Shown piece after piece: positions 10,653 through 20,045 of a DNA stretch of 64,000 bases; positions within the stretch are counted from its first letter, which is position 1; each line of letters starts with the position of its first letter. Origin of the DNA: an uncultured Gammaproteobacteria bacterium (GTDB lineage: Bacteria > Pseudomonadota > Gammaproteobacteria > PS1 > Pseudothioglobaceae). Position numbers and translations under genes: made by a program. The notes beneath the pieces were generated by a model. That model worked only from the letters and a program-made list of their open reading frames with translations. It made no database searches and was not told where the DNA came from. Where the stretch lies: assembly GCA_963989885.1 (NCBI GenBank), contig CAXDLF010000002.1:2433-66432 (forward strand). Direction: 5' to 3'.

Positions 10653-11125
10653 AAACAAAAACCGGCATCGGACAAGACTCTCACGCATTTGAAGAGACAC
10701 CAGGAAAACCTTTAATATTGGCTGGAATTAAACTTGAACACCCAACAGGACTCAAAGGTAATAGTGACGCCGACGTAGTATTGCATTCGATAACAAATGC
10801 CATTTCGAGTATTACAGGTCGCAATGTACTGGGTTCATTCGCCGACAAACTTTGTCAAGAAGGTGTGACTGATAGCAGCAACTATTTAAAACTAGCGCTT
10901 GATGATTTAGGAGATTGGAAAATTAGCCACATAGCAATTGCTATCGAATGTCTAAAACCGAAAATTTCATCCCAACTTGAGTCAATGAAAAAAAGCATCG
11001 CCAAACTATGTCATACCAATACAGCCGATGTAGGAATCACTGCAACGACTGGTGAGGGTTTGACGGCATTTGGCAAGGGAGAGGGAATCCAGGTAATAAC
11101 CATCATAACGGTCAATAAATCATGA
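10649..11125 (+). CDS. ispF: 2-C-methyl-D-erythritol 2,4-cyclodiphosphate synthase
   Basis: GIGQDSHAF Zn-site motif, GNSDADVVLHSI and ATTGEGLTAFGKGEGI. ATGA-type overlap with ispD. Confidence 0.9.
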   Translation: MKTKTGIGQDSHAFEETPGKPLILAGIKLEHPTGLKGNSDADVVLHSITNAISSITGRNVLGSFADKLCQEGVTDSSNYLKLALDDLGDWKISHIAIAIECLKPKISSQLESMKKSIAKLCHTNTADVGITATTGEGLTAFGKGEGIQVITIITVNKS

Positions 11126-12537
11126 CGCTAGTTGAGAACCCGACCCGCTCAAAAATCAAAAAAATTCACTTCATAGGCATTGGTGGCTCCGGAATGAGCG
11201 GTATAGCAGAAGTCCTAACCAATTTAGGTTACGAGATATCCGGTTCAGACATTGAGTCAAGCAATGCAACCAGAAAACTTGAAAAACTGGGCTGCACAAT
11301 TAGTTATCAGCATCAAGCAAAAAATGTGACTGGCAAGCAAGCAGTTGTCGTTTCTTCTGCTATCAAGAACAACAACTCGGAACTTCAAGAAGCCAAAAAA
11401 CAGCAACTTTTAATAGTTCCAAGGGCGGAAATGCTTGCAGAGTTGATGCGATTTCGTTTCGGTATTGCTGTTTCTGGTACTCATGGAAAGACAACAACTA
11501 CCAGCCTCATTGTGCACATATTGACTGAAGCTAAACTTGACCCGACTTATGTCATTGGTGGCATTATAAATGCCACAGGTAGGAACGCCAAGTTAGGGAA
11601 AAGTGACTACTTAATTGCAGAAGCGGATGAAAGTGACGCTTCATTTCTCCACCTCCAGCCGATGTTGAGCGTTGTTACCAATATTGATGAAGACCACATG
11701 GGAACCTACAAACATAGCTACAAAAAACTTACCGATGCCTTTATAAGTTTCACCTCAAATCTGCCCTTCTATGGAGTTTGCGTTGCTTGTATTGATGACC
11801 AAGGTGTACAAGATATTCTTAAAAAAGTACACCGCCCTATCATGAGCTATGGCTTTAGCGATGATGCCGACGTTAGAGCCTTTAATGTTGAACAGAAGAA
11901 GATGAAAATGTCGTTTGACGTTAGTTGTAGTAAATACAAAAAGAAATTTCCTGTAACGCTAAATTTAATAGGAAAACACAACATTTTGAACGCACTGGCA
12001 GCCATTAGTGTTGCTATCGAGCTTAATATTAAACCGAAAATTATTCAACAGGCTTTATCTAACTTTAGTGGCGTATCAAGAAGACTGGACTATCATAAAA
12101 ATTTGATAATCAACCAGAAACCGATACCATTATTTGATGACTATGGTCATCACCCCAATGAAGTTGCGGCTGTTCTAAGTACTCTAAGAAACACCTATCC
12201 AAAGAATCGCTTGGTTGTTATATTTCAACCTCACAGGTACTCTCGAACTAGAGATTTATTCAATGAATTTGTGAGTTGTTTATCCAAGGTAGATGTTTTG
12301 ATTTTATTAAATATTTATGCAGCCAACGAAACACCTATAAAGAAAATTAGTTCGTCAACACTGGCCGATTCGATTAGACAGAGAAGTACAATTGACCCTA
12401 TCGTCGTTAAAAATAGTGGTGAAATCATTGATGTACTGCCAAACGTTGCATCAGAAAATGATCTCATCCTTACGCTCGGCGCTGGCGATGTCCATAAAAT
12501 ACCTCAAAAATTAAAGAATCATTTTGCCATTAACTAG
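11122..12537 (+). CDS. murC: UDP-N-acetylmuramate--L-alanine ligase
   Basis: IHFIGIGGSGMSGIAEVL N-terminus and Mur ligase P-loop GTHGKTTTTS. Length 471 aa. Confidence 0.95.
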   Translation: MTLVENPTRSKIKKIHFIGIGGSGMSGIAEVLTNLGYEISGSDIESSNATRKLEKLGCTISYQHQAKNVTGKQAVVVSSAIKNNNSELQEAKKQQLLIVPRAEMLAELMRFRFGIAVSGTHGKTTTTSLIVHILTEAKLDPTYVIGGIINATGRNAKLGKSDYLIAEADESDASFLHLQPMLSVVTNIDEDHMGTYKHSYKKLTDAFISFTSNLPFYGVCVACIDDQGVQDILKKVHRPIMSYGFSDDADVRAFNVEQKKMKMSFDVSCSKYKKKFPVTLNLIGKHNILNALAAISVAIELNIKPKIIQQALSNFSGVSRRLDYHKNLIINQKPIPLFDDYGHHPNEVAAVLSTLRNTYPKNRLVVIFQPHRYSRTRDLFNEFVSCLSKVDVLILLNIYAANETPIKKISSSTLADSIRQRSTIDPIVVKNSGEIIDVLPNVASENDLILTLGAGDVHKIPQKLKNHFAIN

Positions 12538-12539
12538 AA

Positions 12540-13373
12540 ATGCTGAAGTACAACGAACCTATGTCAAAGCACTGTTCATTAAGATCAGGTGGACATACTC
12601 GTGAATTCTTTCTACCTGGAAATGTAACCGAACTCTCGGAATTTCTAAGTGATAACTCAAGACAAGTTTTATTTGTCGGACTGGGAAGCAACCTGCTTAT
12701 TCGAGATCATGGTTTCAACGGTGTCACCATTCATACCAAACACTTAAAAGAACTCACAATTTCAGAAGGCATCATTGATGCTGAGTCTGGAACAACACTG
12801 GCTAGATTGTCAAGATTTGCACAATTAAACAACAGACATGGTGCCGAATTTCTTAGCGCCATACCGGGAACTGTTGGTGGAGCACTTGCAATGAATGCGG
12901 GTGCGTTCGGTTCTGAGGTATGGCAATATGTAGTGTCCGTTAAGACTATCAATCTGAATGGAAAGGTGCATCAAAGAAAAAAGAGCGATTTTGTTATAGA
13001 TTATCGTTCAGTGTCTCATAAACATATTGACGAGTTTTTTCTCAGCGCTCGATTCGATTTCAACCTGCATCAACAAAATGACGATGTTCGCGACTTGCTT
13101 GAAAAAAGGAACTCTACCCAACCCATAGGACTGCCTAGTTGTGGCAGTGTATTTAAAAACCCAAAAAGTCATTATGCAGCTGAATTAATTGAGTCAAGCG
13201 GGCTGAAAGGTTTTTGCGTCGGTGGCGCCTGTGTTTCAGAAAAACACGCAAACTATATCATTAATCATGACAACGCGACCGCTGAAGATATTGAAAATTT
13301 AATTAATCACATCAAAAATACCGTAAAGTCGATACATAACGTTGAACTTGAGACTGAAATAATAATCATATGA
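12540..13373 (+). CDS. murB: UDP-N-acetylenolpyruvoylglucosamine reductase
   Basis: FAD-binding region VGLGSNLLIRD, IPGTVGGALAMNAGAFG, and the catalytic segment GSVFKNP. Confidence 0.9.
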   Translation: MLKYNEPMSKHCSLRSGGHTREFFLPGNVTELSEFLSDNSRQVLFVGLGSNLLIRDHGFNGVTIHTKHLKELTISEGIIDAESGTTLARLSRFAQLNNRHGAEFLSAIPGTVGGALAMNAGAFGSEVWQYVVSVKTINLNGKVHQRKKSDFVIDYRSVSHKHIDEFFLSARFDFNLHQQNDDVRDLLEKRNSTQPIGLPSCGSVFKNPKSHYAAELIESSGLKGFCVGGACVSEKHANYIINHDNATAEDIENLINHIKNTVKSIHNVELETEIIII

Positions 13374-14248
13374 TCGCAGTTTTAATGGGCGGCTATTCCG
13401 CCGAAAGAGAGATATCGCTAATGAGCGGTCAAGCCGTTTATAAGGCCTTACTAAAAAATAATGTTGAGTGTTTTCCTTTCGACTTGACCAAAGACAACCT
13501 TGATAAATTATGGATCCAAGAATTCGACAAAGCATTCATTATTCTGCATGGTCGTGGGGGTGAGGATGGCTACATACAATCCCTGCTAGGTAAAAGAAAG
13601 ATCCCATTCACAGGCTCCGGAGTTGAAGCCTCTAATCTTTGTATGAATAAAGCCGCTACTAAAGATGTTTGGCTGAAACACGCATTACCTTTATCACCCT
13701 CAATCGTTGCCACTCAGGGCAAGCCTATAGATCCAATAAACTTCCCGCTACCTTGGGCTGTAAAACCGACAATGGAGGGCTCAAGTATTGGAATCACCAA
13801 AGTAGAAAATAAAAATGAACTGGAAATGGCACTTGAAATTGCATGGCATTACAACAACGAAGCATTGATTGAACACTGGATTGAAGGTGATGAATACACC
13901 GTGGCAATTCTGGGTAATCAAGCACTACCGAGTATAAAGATAATCTCAGACCACGATATTTATGACTATCACTCTAAATATTTCAGCAATAAAACCGAGT
14001 ATCTATGCCCTTCAGATCTCACAGAACAACAAGAGAAAAATATTCAAGCGATCGCAATGAAAGCCTTCGCTCTAACTGGAGCTAAGGGCTGGTGTCGTGT
14101 TGATTTCATTTTGGATGAAGATAAAAATCCATACCTCTTGGAAATAAATACCGTACCCGGTATGACATCTCATTCACTCGTCCCTATGGCCGCAAAAGCC
14201 GCTGGTATGAACTTTGAACAACTAGTGCTAAAAATTCTAAATGGCTAA
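13370..14248 (+). CDS. ddl: D-alanine--D-alanine ligase
   Basis: ILHGRGGEDG, an ATP-grasp core and the C-terminal EINTVPGMTSHSLVP motif. Confidence 0.95.
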   Translation: MIAVLMGGYSAEREISLMSGQAVYKALLKNNVECFPFDLTKDNLDKLWIQEFDKAFIILHGRGGEDGYIQSLLGKRKIPFTGSGVEASNLCMNKAATKDVWLKHALPLSPSIVATQGKPIDPINFPLPWAVKPTMEGSSIGITKVENKNELEMALEIAWHYNNEALIEHWIEGDEYTVAILGNQALPSIKIISDHDIYDYHSKYFSNKTEYLCPSDLTEQQEKNIQAIAMKAFALTGAKGWCRVDFILDEDKNPYLLEINTVPGMTSHSLVPMAAKAAGMNFEQLVLKILNG

Positions 14249-14969
14249 AGAACGACTTAATCGCTTAATAGAGCCGAAGAAACCTTTCAAACTCCGAATA
14301 CTCGGCTATCTCAACAAACTAACCTATTTATTTGTATTTCTGTTATTTGCCGGCCTAATTTATGTCATTGACAGTTCTGATCTTTTTGAACCAAAAATCT
14401 CTTGGGAGGTCAACGGTAGTCTAACAACCGAAACTTCACAATATGACCGACTAATCGAACCACTTCTCAACAACAAATATTTGATTGACCTATCGCAGTT
14501 AAAAGAAAAAGTAGAGCAACACCCGTGGATATCCGGAGCTGAAGTCAGCCGACTATTCTGGAACAAGATTCGAATCGCTGTTGTTAGGCATGAAATTGCA
14601 ATGCGCTGGGGTTCTGAAGGTTATATTTCAACTCAGGGGGTATTGTTTAAACCGAACCTTTCAATCGACTCTGGAGCACCCATTGCTATCGTTTCAGAAG
14701 ACCAAATTGGACAGTTTTACGTCGACTTTTTGAACTATCAATCAATTCTAGGTCCATTAATCATCAAACAGTTTGAGAGATCACTTATTGATGAATTAAC
14801 TCTCGAACCAAACATGAAGGTTATTTTGGGCTACCAACAACAAAGCAAAAGATTAAAAGTCTTCATGAAAGCTTACGACCAGTTAAAGAGATCTTCAAAA
14901 ATTAGAGAAAGGGGTATTTTTGATATGCGCTATCCTAAAGGTTTTGCGCTGAGTTATTCGCCGCAATAA
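14241..14969 (+). CDS. ftsQ: Cell division protein FtsQ
   Basis: Single N-terminal TM helix, a POTRA-like region (VEQHPWISGAEVSRLFWNKIRIAV), and position directly after ddl. Confidence 0.85.
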   Translation: MAKERLNRLIEPKKPFKLRILGYLNKLTYLFVFLLFAGLIYVIDSSDLFEPKISWEVNGSLTTETSQYDRLIEPLLNNKYLIDLSQLKEKVEQHPWISGAEVSRLFWNKIRIAVVRHEIAMRWGSEGYISTQGVLFKPNLSIDSGAPIAIVSEDQIGQFYVDFLNYQSILGPLIIKQFERSLIDELTLEPNMKVILGYQQQSKRLKVFMKAYDQLKRSSKIRERGIFDMRYPKGFALSYSPQ

Positions 14970-15609
14970 CTCGATAGCACAATGCAAAGCTGATCGACAT
15001 CCAATATATTATGATAATCATGGATACCCAGAAAACAAACTCGGCGCCTATCAATATCACCAGAGCAACCAGAAAAGTAGGTATACCCAATTTAATCAAG
15101 AAGACACTTAACTGAACCCTTGCAGGTAATTTTATTTTTTTGTAGGGAATATCGTTGGCTATAGAAACCAAATTAAGGGCAAATGGAATTAAAAGAAAGT
15201 AAACCAACGGAATCAGAAGCGGCGAAATAAAGAATAATGGCAATTGTGTTGCTATAGACAAAAGCAAAAATAAAACGAAGAAGCGACCCAAACGAATGTT
15301 CGGCAAAACAACTCCAAACCTAGCGACGGAACCAGCCCCTGAAACCACCAATCGATAGACATTGATTAGTATTGCCATATAACCATAGTCAAACATTAAC
15401 AAGTAGAGTGGATAAAACTGGGGATAGGCTTGGACTTGGCCTACTCCGAATAATTGAGCTTGCAGAACAGCCATCATTTCTGGCAGAATGGTAACTAAAG
15501 GGAATGCCATCAGCAATGGAAACACGCTCACTTCTATTAACTTTTTCCAATTAGAGAACGCGAAAGCCAAACTGGCAAGAATGGTTTGTACAATCGGTAA
15601 AGTTGTCAT
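14935..15609 (-). CDS. Polytopic membrane protein of unknown function
   Basis: 224 aa that are almost entirely hydrophobic helices (about 6 TM). The ATG overlaps the mltD stop (ATGA). I recognised no family motif. Confidence 0.55.
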   Translation of the reverse strand: MTTLPIVQTILASLAFAFSNWKKLIEVSVFPLLMAFPLVTILPEMMAVLQAQLFGVGQVQAYPQFYPLYLLMFDYGYMAILINVYRLVVSGAGSVARFGVVLPNIRLGRFFVLFLLLSIATQLPLFFISPLLIPLVYFLLIPFALNLVSIANDIPYKKIKLPARVQLSVFLIKLGIPTFLVALVILIGAEFVFWVSMIIIIYWMSISFALCYRVIAANNSAQNL

Positions 15610-17144
15610 GATAAGTTTGAGTTTACTACACTAATTGTAATGGTCAATTTTTCACCTGGCTGTAAAACATGATCTGCATCTAAATTGTTCCATGAACGAA
15701 TATCAACAACTTTCACATTGTATTTACTGGCTATAACTGAAAGGTTGTCACCAGACCTCACTGTATAGACAATTTTTCGACTAATATCTATTCCTGTATT
15801 GGCTATATTGGCTAGCTCGGTTTTATTCTTATTGTCAAACCAAACAACCAATTCCTTTCCTATAGAAAGTGGCGCAGAAGGAATCAGCTGATTCCATCTC
15901 ACAAGGTTATTAACCGTTGTATTAAATTGTACTGCAATTTTCCACAAACTGTCACCAGAAACAACTTTATAAATGACTTTTTCAGCGTTTTTTTGAGTAT
16001 TCAGTCGGCTTTTCTCCCTCTGTTTCTCGGAAAGAGTATAGTACCCTTCTGTTTGCTGAGCCAAAGGTACAATCAGATAGTCACCAATCCTAATCAAATC
16101 GCTACGAAGTTCATTGACACTTTTAATTTGTTCAATAGTTGTCTTATATTTCTTTGCAAGGTAGCTCAAACTATCGCCAGATTTTACTTCATGGCGGACC
16201 CAACTAATTTGCGGCCTTTCTCCAGCTTGTGATAACTTGTTCTCAAAACGAGGAACCACATCCTCAGGAAGAAGGATTGTATATGGAAGAGTGACTGGCG
16301 TTGCCCAACGCCTGAGTCCGGGATTAAAGGTATATATTTGATCAATACTCAAACCTGTCCATTGGGCAATCAATGCAAGATCGAACTGCGAGTTAAGCTC
16401 AATGGCCTTGAGATAAGGATTACGATCTATCTTCAATAGGTTCTGATTATAACGCGATGGATTCTTAACAATCTTTGCCAAAGCTAATAACTTAGGTACA
16501 TATCTTGTAGTCTCTTTAGGTAAACTTAAATGCCAAAAATCTGTCTCTTCACCCTTTTCAATATTTACCTTGATAGCTTGTTGAATTCGACCAGGTCCTG
16601 CGTTGTATGCAGCTATTGATAAGAGCCAATCACCATTAAATAATTTATTCAGGTCTTTCATATATTTTACAGCTGCCCTAGTCGAGGCTAAAACGTCTCT
16701 CCTATCCTCATACCACCAGTCTTGATCCAAGCCATAAAGTTTTCCTGTTGAAGGTATAAACTGCCAAAGACCGACCGCAGTGCCGTGTGAAAAGGAAAAA
16801 GGGTAATAGTCTGACTCTACAATCGGCAACAAAGCAATTTCGATAGGTAAACCCTCTTTTTCAACTTCGGAAACGACAAGATAGAGGTAAGGCTGTGCCC
16901 TTTTGGAGATTCGAGTAAGGTAGTCAGGATGTTTTTGATACCAATCAATCTGCTCCAGAATCCTCGGATGGTTTTCAATTACAAGTTCTTGATGGCTCGC
17001 TATGTAGTTCCATAGGTTTGATTCATCAACATATTCAGTGCTACCAGTGGAGTTGACAACCTCATTTCCTAGCTTTTGCGAATTATCAATAATATTCTGG
17101 CAAGCAGAGAGCAGTAACACTGACAATAAAAGAACAAATTTCAC
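15606..17144 (-). CDS. mltD: Membrane-bound lytic murein transglycosylase D (SLT domain plus three LysM repeats)
   Basis: Lipobox LLSAC. SLT catalytic region ESDYYPFSFSHGTAVGLWQFIPSTG and AAYNAGPGRI. Three LysM repeats are present (e.g. HEVKSGDSLSYLAKKY). Confidence 0.9.
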   Translation of the reverse strand: MKFVLLLSVLLLSACQNIIDNSQKLGNEVVNSTGSTEYVDESNLWNYIASHQELVIENHPRILEQIDWYQKHPDYLTRISKRAQPYLYLVVSEVEKEGLPIEIALLPIVESDYYPFSFSHGTAVGLWQFIPSTGKLYGLDQDWWYEDRRDVLASTRAAVKYMKDLNKLFNGDWLLSIAAYNAGPGRIQQAIKVNIEKGEETDFWHLSLPKETTRYVPKLLALAKIVKNPSRYNQNLLKIDRNPYLKAIELNSQFDLALIAQWTGLSIDQIYTFNPGLRRWATPVTLPYTILLPEDVVPRFENKLSQAGERPQISWVRHEVKSGDSLSYLAKKYKTTIEQIKSVNELRSDLIRIGDYLIVPLAQQTEGYYTLSEKQREKSRLNTQKNAEKVIYKVVSGDSLWKIAVQFNTTVNNLVRWNQLIPSAPLSIGKELVVWFDNKNKTELANIANTGIDISRKIVYTVRSGDNLSVIASKYNVKVVDIRSWNNLDADHVLQPGEKLTITISVVNSNLS

Positions 17145-17146
17145 TT

Positions 17147-17440
17147 CTAAGACTTGCTAGAACATTCTGGAGACTCTGGTGCACTCTGGCGCTTTTGCCA
17201 TTCCTGAGGGGTATAGGTGTGCATAGCTAAGGCATGAATATGTCTAAGCTCTTCAGCGAAAAGTTTATTGATAAATCGATGTCGGTCTATAAGCTTCATT
17301 TCATTAAATTGCTCACTCACAACCACCAATTTAAAATGGGATTCAGTTGCTGGTCCTGAGTGTTGGTTAGACTCATTAACAACCTCACAATAATCGGGCT
17401 CTAGAGCTACCGCTAGTTGCGTTTTTAAATGGTTTTCCAT
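17147..17440 (-). CDS. bolA: BolA family transcriptional regulator / Fe-S trafficking factor
   Basis: Collinear with E. coli BolA by eye (EVVNESNQHSGPATESHFKLVVVSEQF..RHRFINKLFAEEL..HALAMHTYTPQEW). The ATG at 17440 lies 1 nt after the upstream stop. The longer ORF-track start at 17482 overlaps the upstream gene. Confidence 0.85.
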   Translation of the reverse strand: MENHLKTQLAVALEPDYCEVVNESNQHSGPATESHFKLVVVSEQFNEMKLIDRHRFINKLFAEELRHIHALAMHTYTPQEWQKRQSAPESPECSSKS

Positions 17441-17441
17441 G

Positions 17442-18458
17442 TTATTTGTCATCGCTACTCTCAAAAGCATATTCAAAGGCATCTGAAAAGAAGTTCTTCT
17501 TACTTAGGCCTTGCTCTATGCAGCCTTTTGCTGCAGCCTTAACCATCACTGGGGGGCCGCAAGCATAGACGTCATAATCCGACAAATCTTCAAAATCTCT
17601 CATCACAGATTCATGAACATAGCCAATCTCGCCTTGCCAAGACCCACTTGCTTGTGATAATACTGGAACGAAATGAATTTTTGGAGATTTTTCGGCCCAC
17701 TCACTTGGAAGCTTTGAATACATATCAACCTCATCTCTAACACCCCAATACAGATAAACAACTCTTTCTGAGTTGATGTTAATCAGATGTTCAATTATAG
17801 ACTTTATAGGGCCAAAACCCGTACCGCCAGCAATCATAATAATTGGCCTCTCACTGTCCTCTCTAAGGAAAAAATCACCCTTGGGTCCTTCAATCCTCAG
17901 AATGGATTTTTCAGCCAAGCTATTAAAAATAAAATTTGTAAATTTTCCATCTTCAACCAAACGAACATGAAGCTCAATTAAGTTTGAATTAGCTGGTGCA
18001 TTGGCAATCGAAAAGGCTCTCGGTTCGAAATCTGAATGCTCTAAGTCCAGGTATTGACCTGCCAGATATTGCAAAGACTGAGCGCCAGGAATCTTTAAAA
18101 TAATTTGAACAACGTCATGATTCAAATGATTTATTTGCTCAACCTTACAAGGAATGCTACGAACTTCAATACTGTCAAGCGCATCTAGCTCATCAACGGC
18201 GATGTATAAATCACTTTTTGCTCTGCATTGACATAGCAAAGCCATGTTCGCTTCAACCTCATCCTTGGTGATGGCTGACGGAATTTCACCGTCATATTCA
18301 ATTTCACCATTCAAGATAACGGCTTTGCATTTGCCGCAAAAACCGTTTTGACAGCCATAGGGGAAATTCAAACCACTCGAAAGTGCACCATCCAAAACAC
18401 TTACTTCACCATTACTTTGAAAGGACTTTCCACTAACCTGATTCAATACTGTAAACAT
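17442..18458 (-). CDS. Oxygenase-reductase-type flavoprotein: N-terminal plant-type 2Fe-2S ferredoxin fused to an FNR-like FAD/NAD(P)H module (BenC/AscD architecture)
   Basis: Cys cluster CQNGFCGKCK...C, flavin motif RAFSIAN (RxYS-type), and NAD(P)H glycine loop IAGGTGFGPIKS. Length 338 aa. Confidence 0.85.
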   Translation of the reverse strand: MFTVLNQVSGKSFQSNGEVSVLDGALSSGLNFPYGCQNGFCGKCKAVILNGEIEYDGEIPSAITKDEVEANMALLCQCRAKSDLYIAVDELDALDSIEVRSIPCKVEQINHLNHDVVQIILKIPGAQSLQYLAGQYLDLEHSDFEPRAFSIANAPANSNLIELHVRLVEDGKFTNFIFNSLAEKSILRIEGPKGDFFLREDSERPIIMIAGGTGFGPIKSIIEHLININSERVVYLYWGVRDEVDMYSKLPSEWAEKSPKIHFVPVLSQASGSWQGEIGYVHESVMRDFEDLSDYDVYACGPPVMVKAAAKGCIEQGLSKKNFFSDAFEYAFESSDDK

Positions 18459-18527
18459 TGTTTTGGAGCTAAATGCACAAAGCTGACATTATAATGTAGG
18501 TCTGAGTGTTATAAGCCTAGTATTCTT

Positions 18528-19445
18528 ATGAGAATATCTTCAAACGATTCAGTGGTTTTTTTGATGGGGCCAACAGCTTCTGGAAAAACTGAATTGGCAC
18601 TAGAAATATTTGATCGCTTTGATGTCTGCTTGATAAGTGTTGACTCTGCGTTAATCTATCGCGGCATGGATATTGGCACCGCCAAACCGAGCCCTGAAAT
18701 CCTCGCAAACTATCCACACGCACTGATCGATATTTGTGAACCAGAAGAGACTTTTTCAGTCAACCATTTTGTATCCCTTGCAAAAAAGCATATCGACTTA
18801 GCGCTGAAACAAAAAAAACTGCCAGTTTTGGTGGGCGGCACCTCTTTTTATTTCCATGCACTCGAACATGGACTATCCGAATTACCTGAGTCCACAAAAG
18901 ATTCGAGAAAACATTTTAATAATCTTTTAAAGAATAAAGGTAGTGAAAAATTACACTCACAATTGGTAAAAATTGACCCAAAGTCTGCTGAACGCATCCA
19001 CCCTAATGATTCACAAAGAATTACCCGGGCACTTGAAGTTTTTCACCTTTCGGGGCAAACATTGAGTGAACTTCAAGGCAATCAGGCTATAAATAAGCTG
19101 AATCATCGAATCAAAAAAATTATACTCATGCCTGACCGTTCAGAACTTCACCTGAGAATTGAAAAGCGCTTTATGAAAATGATGGAGAGCGGATTTCTTG
19201 ATGAAGTTGAAATACTCAGGAACAACAAAAAGTTGAGCCTAGATTTAGCTTCTATGCGTTGCGTTGGTTATCGTCAAGCTTGGAAATATTTTGATGGGGT
19301 CTATGACATGCAAGAAATGATTGATAAAGCAGTTATTGCTTCGAGACAACTGTGTAAACGCCAGTGCACCTGGCTAAAAGATGAAAACAATGCACTTGTC
19401 CTTAAAAATGCAAATTTTGAAGAGGTGATAAAGTTTCTTCAATAA
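18528..19445 (+). CDS. miaA: tRNA dimethylallyltransferase
   Basis: P-loop GPTASGKTELALE, DSALIYRGMDIGTAKP and DSQRITRALEV. Confidence 0.95.
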   Translation: MRISSNDSVVFLMGPTASGKTELALEIFDRFDVCLISVDSALIYRGMDIGTAKPSPEILANYPHALIDICEPEETFSVNHFVSLAKKHIDLALKQKKLPVLVGGTSFYFHALEHGLSELPESTKDSRKHFNNLLKNKGSEKLHSQLVKIDPKSAERIHPNDSQRITRALEVFHLSGQTLSELQGNQAINKLNHRIKKIILMPDRSELHLRIEKRFMKMMESGFLDEVEILRNNKKLSLDLASMRCVGYRQAWKYFDGVYDMQEMIDKAVIASRQLCKRQCTWLKDENNALVLKNANFEEVIKFLQ

Positions 19446-19484
19446 ATTCTAACTTTAACTAGATAAGGTAATGGCGAATTTCAG

Positions 19485-20018
19485 CTAACTACGACCCTTG
19501 CTGGTGAATTCTTCCATAGTGTGAAGCATTGTTCTTAAGCTGTCTATGGTAGTTTCGAATTCATCACTCGTTAGGTCGGATACAGCAACATCTTCGATTT
19601 CATGATATTTTGAAAAGACTTTTTCCATAAGCTCTTCACCAGCCTTGTTGATTTGAACAACAACTCGTCTAGCGTCATTTGGATGAGCGAGTCTTTGACA
19701 AAAACCATGTTTTTCTAGCGTTATCAAAATTCCTGTCAATGTACTTTTTGCAATGCCAGCATTTTTAGCCAGTTTTGCGGTTTCAAGATCTCCCCAAACC
19801 CACAATACCCACATAACAACAAAGCCAGAAAAGGATAGATTAAATTCCTTGAAAACATGCTTTTCTGCATAACTCCTAATAATTGATGTAAGTCTGAAAG
19901 CGTTTGAAATAATTGAGACTGATCTTCCATATAGTCCAACTGAAATTAAGTGTTTCTTAGCTTTCTCTTCAGCACTTGTAGCTTTTGGAGGTGTTTTATT
20001 TATAGATTTATCCATCAA
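19485..20018 (-). CDS. MarR-family transcriptional regulator
   Basis: Winged-HTH segment ETAKLAKNAGIAKSTLTGILITLEKHGFCQRLAHPNDARRVVVQINKAGEEL. Length 177 aa. It starts 27 nt downstream of the ADC-family gene on the same strand. Confidence 0.85.
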   Translation of the reverse strand: MMDKSINKTPPKATSAEEKAKKHLISVGLYGRSVSIISNAFRLTSIIRSYAEKHVFKEFNLSFSGFVVMWVLWVWGDLETAKLAKNAGIAKSTLTGILITLEKHGFCQRLAHPNDARRVVVQINKAGEELMEKVFSKYHEIEDVAVSDLTSDEFETTIDSLRTMLHTMEEFTSKGRS

Positions 20019-20045
20019 TGATTCTTATTACATAGTTAATTGGAG

